Below are positions 48,936 to 54,877 of a stretch of 54,877 bases of DNA, in pieces. How positions within the stretch are numbered: the stretch's first letter is position 1; each line of letters begins with the position of its first letter. The stretch is from Candidatus Gottesmanbacteria bacterium (lineage in GTDB: Bacteria; Patescibacteriota; Microgenomatia; 2-02-FULL-39-11): assembly GCA_016195685.1 (NCBI GenBank), contig JACPZE010000029.1, positions 1 through 54,877 on the forward strand, given 5' to 3'. The position numbers and the translations under genes are program-made. Under the pieces are notes generated by a model that was given only the letters and a program-made list of their open reading frames with translations, was not told where the DNA came from and ran no database searches.

Positions 48936-49919
48936 ATGCAAACGATAAGCGTATCACAACTGAAAAAACACTTTAAAGTTTTCAAAAAAGCACCTGGTTT
49001 AGGAGCGACTTTCCGTTCTGTATTTTCCCGGCCTACAGAGATTATATCTGCCGTAGATGGCATCTCATTTTCTATAGAGCAGGGAGAATTAGTTGGATTT
49101 ATCGGTCCCAACGGTGCAGGTAAAACGACAACGCTGAAATGTTTATCGGGACTATTATATCCTTCCGGCGGAGAAGTAAAAGTGTTGGGATTTGACCCGT
49201 TTCTGCGCAATAGTAATTATTTAAAACAGATTAGTCTAGTGATGGGTCAGAAAAACCAGTTATGGTGGGATTTGCCGTCTTTGGAAACCTTCCGACTGAA
49301 CAAAGAAATTTATGACATTCCCGAAAAGGATTTTGAAAAAAACTTGGATGAATTGTTGGTGCTATTGGAAGTGAAAAATATTATATCGACTCCAGTAAGA
49401 CAATTATCTTTGGGACAGAGGATGAAGATGGAGCTTATCGCGTCTCTTATCCATAGACCCAAAGTTCTATTTTTAGATGAACCCACGATTGGCTTAGATG
49501 TCGTGATGCAGAAAAAAATCCGTGATTTTATCGCTGAATATAATAAAAGATTCAACGCTACAATTATTTTAACAAGCCATTATATGGCGGATGTGAAACA
49601 ACTATGTAAGCGAGTAATAATTATAGACCACGGAAAGATCATGTATGATGGGAGCTTGGAAAGACTTGTAGAAAAGTATGCTGATTTTAAAATAATCACC
49701 GCGCAGTTAAGATCCGATAAAGTAGATAAAAAAGATTTTACAAAATTAGGCAAGATAAACTACTTTGAATATCCCAAAGTATCCATTACAGTTTCTAAGA
49801 AAAATATCAAAGAAGCCGCGACAATATTGCTGAAAAAATTTCCCATAGAAGATCTCACAATTGAAGAACCGGAAATAGAAAATGTCATACGGATGGTTTT
49901 TACCAAGAAGAAAACATGA
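48936..49919 (+). CDS. ABC-2 type transporter ATP-binding protein
   Basis: GPNGAGKTT, LSLGQRM, FLDEPTIGLD, TSHYM. Confidence 0.93.
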   Translation: MQTISVSQLKKHFKVFKKAPGLGATFRSVFSRPTEIISAVDGISFSIEQGELVGFIGPNGAGKTTTLKCLSGLLYPSGGEVKVLGFDPFLRNSNYLKQISLVMGQKNQLWWDLPSLETFRLNKEIYDIPEKDFEKNLDELLVLLEVKNIISTPVRQLSLGQRMKMELIASLIHRPKVLFLDEPTIGLDVVMQKKIRDFIAEYNKRFNATIILTSHYMADVKQLCKRVIIIDHGKIMYDGSLERLVEKYADFKIITAQLRSDKVDKKDFTKLGKINYFEYPKVSITVSKKNIKEAATILLKKFPIEDLTIEEPEIENVIRMVFTKKKT

Positions 49920-50710
49920 AAAAATATGTAATGGTAGTTTCCAATTCGCTGCAGGAATACTTTGCCTACCGGTTGAATTTTATTTTATGGCGCGTCAGAG
50001 TGATAGTATCCATACTAATAAGCTTTTTCCTTTGGCAGACGATCTTTAAAACAAAAAGCCAGGTTTTCGGATACCAGCAGTCTCAAATGCTTACATATAT
50101 TCTGCTGATTACATTCCTAAACGGAATAGTTTTATCGACGCAAACTTTTCGGGTAGCAGAGGAAATAAATTTAGGCACTTTAAGTAATTTTCTCATAAGG
50201 CCTTTTAGTTATTTTGGTTATGTGATGTCCCGTGATATTTCCGATAAAATAGTCAACACATTTTTTTCTATTTTTGAAATTATTTTTCTCATTATCATAC
50301 TTCATCCTCCAATTTTTGTGCAGACTTCTGTCTACTGGTTGGGATTATTTTTTGTTACTTTCATCCTGGCGGCGCTACTTTTTTTTGAGATAGGGATGAT
50401 GCTGTCAATCATTGGATTTTGGTCCAGAGATACCTGGGCGCCGAGATTTATATTTTTTATATTAGTCACTTTTCTTGCCGGGACTTATTTTCCGTTGGAT
50501 ATCTTGCCCAAACCGATTTATTCTTTCCTCCAGTTTCTTCCTTTTACTTACCTTATCTTTTTTCCATTGAAAATTTACCTGGGCCAGATGGACTCTTTTT
50601 TCTTACTGAGAGGATTGGGTATCATGATTTCCTGGATAATATTAATGTCTGTAATTTTACGCTACAGTTGGAGGAGAGGACTGAAAATTTATACGGCTGA
50701 AGGAATATAA
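49916..50710 (+). CDS. ABC-2 family permease (DUF990-like)
   Basis: 6 TM; YR.NF, I..G.LS..L.RP, G..FPLD.LP. Confidence 0.85.
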   Translation: MKKYVMVVSNSLQEYFAYRLNFILWRVRVIVSILISFFLWQTIFKTKSQVFGYQQSQMLTYILLITFLNGIVLSTQTFRVAEEINLGTLSNFLIRPFSYFGYVMSRDISDKIVNTFFSIFEIIFLIIILHPPIFVQTSVYWLGLFFVTFILAALLFFEIGMMLSIIGFWSRDTWAPRFIFFILVTFLAGTYFPLDILPKPIYSFLQFLPFTYLIFFPLKIYLGQMDSFFLLRGLGIMISWIILMSVILRYSWRRGLKIYTAEGI

Positions 50711-50711
50711 A

Positions 50712-51494
50712 ATGAAAAAATATTTTCATGTCTGGTGGAGATTAACCGATGCATCTTTCCAGAATTTTTTTGTATCCAGGATCGGTGCGATACTTTTTCT
50801 TTTTGGAAAAGTAGTCCGGTTCGTATTTTATCTGGCTTTTTTGATTATTCTGATATCTCGGACACAGATATTTGCCGGATACAATCTCTGGCAGGTGATA
50901 CTTTTTTACCTGACATTTAACTTCATAGATTCCGCAACACAGATGGTCTTTAGGGAAGTATATAGGTTTCGCCAACTTGTATTGAGCGGAAATTTCGATC
51001 TTATTTTGGTGAAACCGGTGAACAGTCTATTTCGTTCACTTTTTGGAGGTGCAGACCTATTAGATATGATTACCTTGTTACCCTTTGTCATTTTCGTAGG
51101 AATAGCCGCTTATCACGTCCCCGGGGTTACAATTTTTAGTATCACCCTTTATTTATTATTGATCTTTAATGCATTATGGATTGCGATGTCATTCCATATC
51201 ATGGTTTTGGCTTTGGCGATCCTGACTACCGAGATAGATCACGCAATCATGATCTATCGTGATTTTACCAGTATGGGGAAACTGCCGGTAGATATTTACA
51301 GTGAGCCCCTACGGTCTTTTGTAACTTTTGTGATTCCGGTGGGCGTGATGATGACTTATCCGGCCAAAGCAATGATGGGCCTTTTAAATATAAATGGTAT
51401 AATTTTTGCACTTTCCCTATCTCTAACTATTTTTTTGTTCAGTATAATTCTCTGGAGATTTTCGCTAAGACGTTATACTTCTGCCTCAAGCTAA
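50712..51494 (+). CDS. ABC-2 family permease (DUF990-like), second subunit
   Basis: 6 TM; G.FD..LVKP, P..IY, TFVIP, YPA, RY.SASS. Confidence 0.85.
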   Translation: MKKYFHVWWRLTDASFQNFFVSRIGAILFLFGKVVRFVFYLAFLIILISRTQIFAGYNLWQVILFYLTFNFIDSATQMVFREVYRFRQLVLSGNFDLILVKPVNSLFRSLFGGADLLDMITLLPFVIFVGIAAYHVPGVTIFSITLYLLLIFNALWIAMSFHIMVLALAILTTEIDHAIMIYRDFTSMGKLPVDIYSEPLRSFVTFVIPVGVMMTYPAKAMMGLLNINGIIFALSLSLTIFLFSIILWRFSLRRYTSASS

Positions 51495-51500
51495 TTTGGA

Positions 51501-51590
51501 TTCGCTGAGGTCGGAAAATTTTTTTGAGTCTGCGATTCGCTTCGCTACCCCTTCGGCGCAAACTCTTCAAAAAATTTTCCTCCCCGCGAA
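51501..51590. repeat. About 90-nt long imperfect hairpin (MITE/REP-like)
   Basis: TTCGC/GCGAA outer, GGAAAATTTTTT/AAAAAATTTTCC middle, GAGTCTGCG/CGCAAACTC inner arms. Confidence 0.7.
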
Positions 51591-51605
51591 TAATCGATAA
51601 ATATT

Positions 51606-52811
51606 ATGAAACATAAAGTCGTTATCGGAATTACATCAGGAATAGCTGCTTACAAAATTGTCGACCTGATCAAAATTTTAAAAACCCAAAATATAAAGGT
51701 AGAAATTATCATGACGGCAACTGCCGTTACGATGTTTGGAAAAGAGATGTTTGAGAAAGCGAGCGGGAAAAAAGTTTATACAGACCTTATCACAAATGAT
51801 TTTGATTATCAGGAAGTTTTAAAAAAGAGGGAAGTGGAACATATAAAAATTGCCGATACCGCATCTCTTTTTGTGATAGCTCCATCTACTGCCAACATCA
51901 TAGCAAAAGTTGCAGCAGGTATTGCCGATGATTTCCTTACTACAACTCTTCTTGCGACGACTGCCCCGGTTTTAGTGTGTCCATCTATGAATGTCCATAT
52001 GTGGACAAACCCAATTGTCCAAGAAAATTTGGCGAAGCTGAAAGGTATGGGTTACTTTATCAAGGAGCCTGATAGTGGGGAATTAGCCTGCGGGTATAAA
52101 GGAGTAGGAAGGTTATCCGAACCGGCTAAAATCGCCGATGAGATTCTAAAGTTACTATCTAATAGTGATAAATTGAAGAGGAAGAAAATCATTGTTACAG
52201 CTGGTGGAACATCTGAACCGATTGATGCAGTCCGGACTATCACCAATCGCGCATCCGGGAAAATGGGATCAGCTATTGCAGAAGCTTGTTTTTTACAGGG
52301 AGCGGAAGTACTTATTCTTCGGGCAAAAAATTCAATTATCCCAAGATACGATATAAAATCAGAGGTTTTTGAAACAGCGAAAGATTTGGAAAATTTAGCC
52401 AAAAAATATGTGAAAAGTTATGATGTCATATTCCACACAGCAGCTGTATCTGATTTTATTCCTGAAAATAAATTGGATAAGAAGTTAGATAGCGGACAAT
52501 CTTTTACGTTGAAACTGAAAAGTGTTCCAAAAATTTTGCATAAAATAAAATCTTGGAATCCGAAGATAAAACTGATCGGATTTAAAGCAGTCTATAAATT
52601 ATCAGAGAAGGAATTAATTGATACCGGGATGAAAAAGCTTAGAGAAAGTAAGTCAGATTTCATTATTGTAAATGACGTAGGGAAAGAAGGAGTAGGTTTT
52701 GCGGTAGATACCAACGAAGTTTATATAATTTCTACGAAAGGATTTGTAGAAAAGATTAAGAAAGCTCCCAAGAAAGAAATTGCCGGAAAAATACTAGATT
52801 TTGTCTTTTAA
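51606..52811 (+). CDS. coaBC: Bifunctional phosphopantothenoylcysteine decarboxylase/synthetase
   Basis: G.IAAYK, APSTAN.IAK, PSMN..MW, G.LACG..G.GRL, TAGGT.E.ID.VR.ITN.ASGKMG, AAVSDF, GFKA, V.NDV. Confidence 0.95.
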   Translation: MKHKVVIGITSGIAAYKIVDLIKILKTQNIKVEIIMTATAVTMFGKEMFEKASGKKVYTDLITNDFDYQEVLKKREVEHIKIADTASLFVIAPSTANIIAKVAAGIADDFLTTTLLATTAPVLVCPSMNVHMWTNPIVQENLAKLKGMGYFIKEPDSGELACGYKGVGRLSEPAKIADEILKLLSNSDKLKRKKIIVTAGGTSEPIDAVRTITNRASGKMGSAIAEACFLQGAEVLILRAKNSIIPRYDIKSEVFETAKDLENLAKKYVKSYDVIFHTAAVSDFIPENKLDKKLDSGQSFTLKLKSVPKILHKIKSWNPKIKLIGFKAVYKLSEKELIDTGMKKLRESKSDFIIVNDVGKEGVGFAVDTNEVYIISTKGFVEKIKKAPKKEIAGKILDFVF

Positions 52812-53262
52812 AGCAATTTCTCCATGAAGATATTGCACCGGCAATCTGTGATTTTATCTTCTTTGATCAATTTAAATCCCCGCTTTTTATACATTTTCGA
52901 AGCAATGGAAAAATTGCTCCAAGTATCCAGAATTATTTTATGAAATTTATTATTCCTACAAAATTCTATAGCCTTATCTACTAATTGCGATCCGTATCCT
53001 TTACCCCTGTAATTTTTGTCGATATAAAATCTTTTTAGCTCCGCGATTCCTTGTCCTTTATTTTTATCGCGATCGTTCCGATGATTTTGTTTTCCTTTTT
53101 AATAACATAAAAAATTCCGCCGGTATCAGGATAATATTTCTCTGGATCTTCCAGGTCGTAGTCTAATTTCTTATCATAATTAAATCCAAATTCCCTAAGT
53201 ACCCCAAGTACAAATTTCTTCACCCCCGGTTGGTCAAGCGAATTATACACAATTATTTCCAT
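52808..53262 (-). pseudogene. GNAT N-acetyltransferase split by a 1-nt frameshift in an A5 run (53061-53065)
   Basis: The 75-aa ORF continues in another frame as NKGQGIAELKRFYIDKNYRGKGYGSQL...ILDT...MYKKRGF...KLL*; adding one base gives 151 aa. Confidence 0.85.
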
Positions 53263-53267
53263 TTTAT

Positions 53268-54026
53268 TTATATCTTATTTCCCGAATTTGATTCACTTCG
53301 AAGTAAATCGATTCCGAGTGTAGTGGCAACGATTGCTTCGTAATCATATGGTAAATGAGTAAGTGCAACTTTTTCCACAACATGACCCGGTTTTCCATAA
53401 ACATCTTTTCTTTGAATAGTGAAACTTCTAGCTCCCCACTTTTCATAGAATGATCTTCCAGTACCTGATAAATGGGAGGAAGAATCAGCTGCAATCCGAA
53501 CCCATTTTGCTTTCTGTTCTTCCATATACCCTAAGCCAAATAACCATAAATCCCGCCCGAAAACTTTGTGCCTGTAATCACTTATTACCTCCATCCCTAG
53601 CCCTTTCTTATTTTCCGGACAAAAAAGAGCTACGGCTTTTTGTATATAAGGAGGTAATAGATCTATTGATCGGGTTAATTCTAGAGGTAAATTACCAATA
53701 TCCCAAAAATCAGCTTCACTGGGGTTTTTATCTTTGGTCAAAAAATCTATATGTCCGATTGGTTCGATTTCATTTTCTTTTTCGGCAAACATAAAAAGAG
53801 AATAGTTTTTACCAGTTTCTCCTACTGTATTTTGGAATGGATTAGTTATTGCACATAAGTAAAACTTTTTCGCTGGGTTATCTGTATCGGATACGCCCGG
53901 AAGATGGATTAGGTCCGTAAAGCTTACTTCCCCAATTTTATTTTTGGGGGAAAATCTGTCGGCTATACCAAGATAATCAAAGGAAGTAAATGGAGGTATC
54001 GGTGTTTCGGCTCTTAAGTCAATCAT
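53268..54026 (-). CDS. Hypothetical protein with a divergent C-terminal GNAT-like region
   Basis: V..DYRHKVFGRDL (motif A-like) and RSFYEKWG (motif B-like). Confidence 0.55.
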   Translation of the reverse strand: MIDLRAETPIPPFTSFDYLGIADRFSPKNKIGEVSFTDLIHLPGVSDTDNPAKKFYLCAITNPFQNTVGETGKNYSLFMFAEKENEIEPIGHIDFLTKDKNPSEADFWDIGNLPLELTRSIDLLPPYIQKAVALFCPENKKGLGMEVISDYRHKVFGRDLWLFGLGYMEEQKAKWVRIAADSSSHLSGTGRSFYEKWGARSFTIQRKDVYGKPGHVVEKVALTHLPYDYEAIVATTLGIDLLRSESNSGNKI

Positions 54027-54044
54027 ATCTTAATTATACTCATT

Positions 54045-54557
54045 TCACTTATTACAATTCGGCCAGGCATGGATGCCTTCTGTGGCGACCTTAAAAGCCG
54101 CAGTTTTTATGGCTTCTTCAGGATTAAATCTAAGTGCGGGATCTGTAGGTAGATTCATATTTGTTCTTGTTGAAATCCAGGAACTTGTGGAAAATTGGAA
54201 TAACCCACCATAATCTAGAAATCTTGCATTTGGGTTTAATCCGGATTCACAAACAGCAATCCTTTTTAGTTTCTCGCGGTCGATACTTTCCTTACTGGCG
54301 TATTTATTAAACCAATCTTCCATAGCACCTACAGGAATAGGGGTCGGAGTAATAGTCGGAGTCGGCGAAGGTCTTTTTGTCGGAGTAGGAATCGGAGTTT
54401 CTGTAATGACGATAATATCAAGAGTCGGTGAAGGAATTGTTTCCGCAGGTGTGACTGCAATTCCTTCTACTTTGGGATTATTTTGTTTTTTTATTAGTGT
54501 AGGAATAATCAGTATGATTATTATAAGAATCAGTAATACTACTTGCCGTATTTTCAT
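54045..54557 (-). CDS. Membrane-anchored lysozyme-fold/Rpf-like transglycosylase with a Pro/Thr linker
   Basis: N-terminal TM, (PT)n linker, IAVCESG, YGGLFQF...SW, AWPNC. Confidence 0.82.
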   Translation of the reverse strand: MKIRQVVLLILIIIILIIPTLIKKQNNPKVEGIAVTPAETIPSPTLDIIVITETPIPTPTKRPSPTPTITPTPIPVGAMEDWFNKYASKESIDREKLKRIAVCESGLNPNARFLDYGGLFQFSTSSWISTRTNMNLPTDPALRFNPEEAIKTAAFKVATEGIHAWPNCNK

Positions 54558-54589
54558 GCAGAGAAATTATACATGATATACTGGTGGAG

Positions 54590-54877
54590 ATGAAAAAAGG
54601 ACTTATAATTTTGGCCAGTTTGCTTATTTTCCTTGCCGGAGCATACTTCCTTTTTAACAAAAAAGTCGGCGATGTCATACCGATTGTGCTTCCTCCCAAA
54701 GATTTAGAAATTCCAGCAAAAATAGGGGAGAAAAGTAGTCTTCCTTTTTCACTCCCTACCGGATTCTCAATCGGCATTTTCGCGAAAAAATTAAATGGCG
54801 CCAGGGATTTAGAATTTGCTTCCGACGGGACATTATTCGTCAGTCTAACTTCCCCCGGCAAAATCGTTGCTCTGGCC
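54590..54877 (+). CDS. 5' part of a PQQ-dependent sugar/sorbosone dehydrogenase-like beta-propeller protein (truncated by window end)
   Basis: MKKGLIIL... TM anchor, then LPTGFSIGIFA..L.GARDL.F..DGTLFVS....GKI.AL. Confidence 0.7.
   Translation, partial: MKKGLIILASLLIFLAGAYFLFNKKVGDVIPIVLPPKDLEIPAKIGEKSSLPFSLPTGFSIGIFAKKLNGARDLEFASDGTLFVSLTSPGKIVALA

Overview
AT-rich bacterial chromosome segment, most likely Patescibacteria/CPR and probably Microgenomates-like. This is inferred from the missing rpmD/L30, the N-terminally minimal IF2, the Lys-rich r-protein tails and the scarcity of Shine-Dalgarno sites. The core is the transcription/translation supercluster: nusA-infB-DHH-rpsO-pnp on the minus strand, divergent from rpoB-rpoC-rpsL-rpsG-fusA, then [EamA inserted], tuf, S10-spc-alpha and rplM-rpsI. 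It is flanked by rnj, an ABC exporter, a protease-less Lon AAA+ module, ZIP, DsbA and PKD genes on the left. On the right are an S53 peptidase, tRNA-Pro(GGG), recA-recX-rny, HU, an ABC-2 system, coaBC, two GNAT-like genes (one frameshifted) and an Rpf-like lysozyme. The most striking signal is a recurrent 32-nt cassette (ATGTTTACACTGARC-GAnnnAAAGGA-GYGAAY-GTG) at the starts of rplD, rplV, rplF and rplM, with a degenerate copy before rpsN. Each intact copy opens an MFTL- mini-ORF, carries a Shine-Dalgarno sequence in a predicted hairpin loop, and pairs the gene's GTG start codon in the stem. Other signals: apparently leaderless promoters on accessory genes, attenuator-like leaders (nusA, rpoB, rplC), several intergenic palindrome families, and an RpoB rifampicin pocket with resistance-type substitutions. 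No transposase, integrase, CRISPR array or rRNA was seen.
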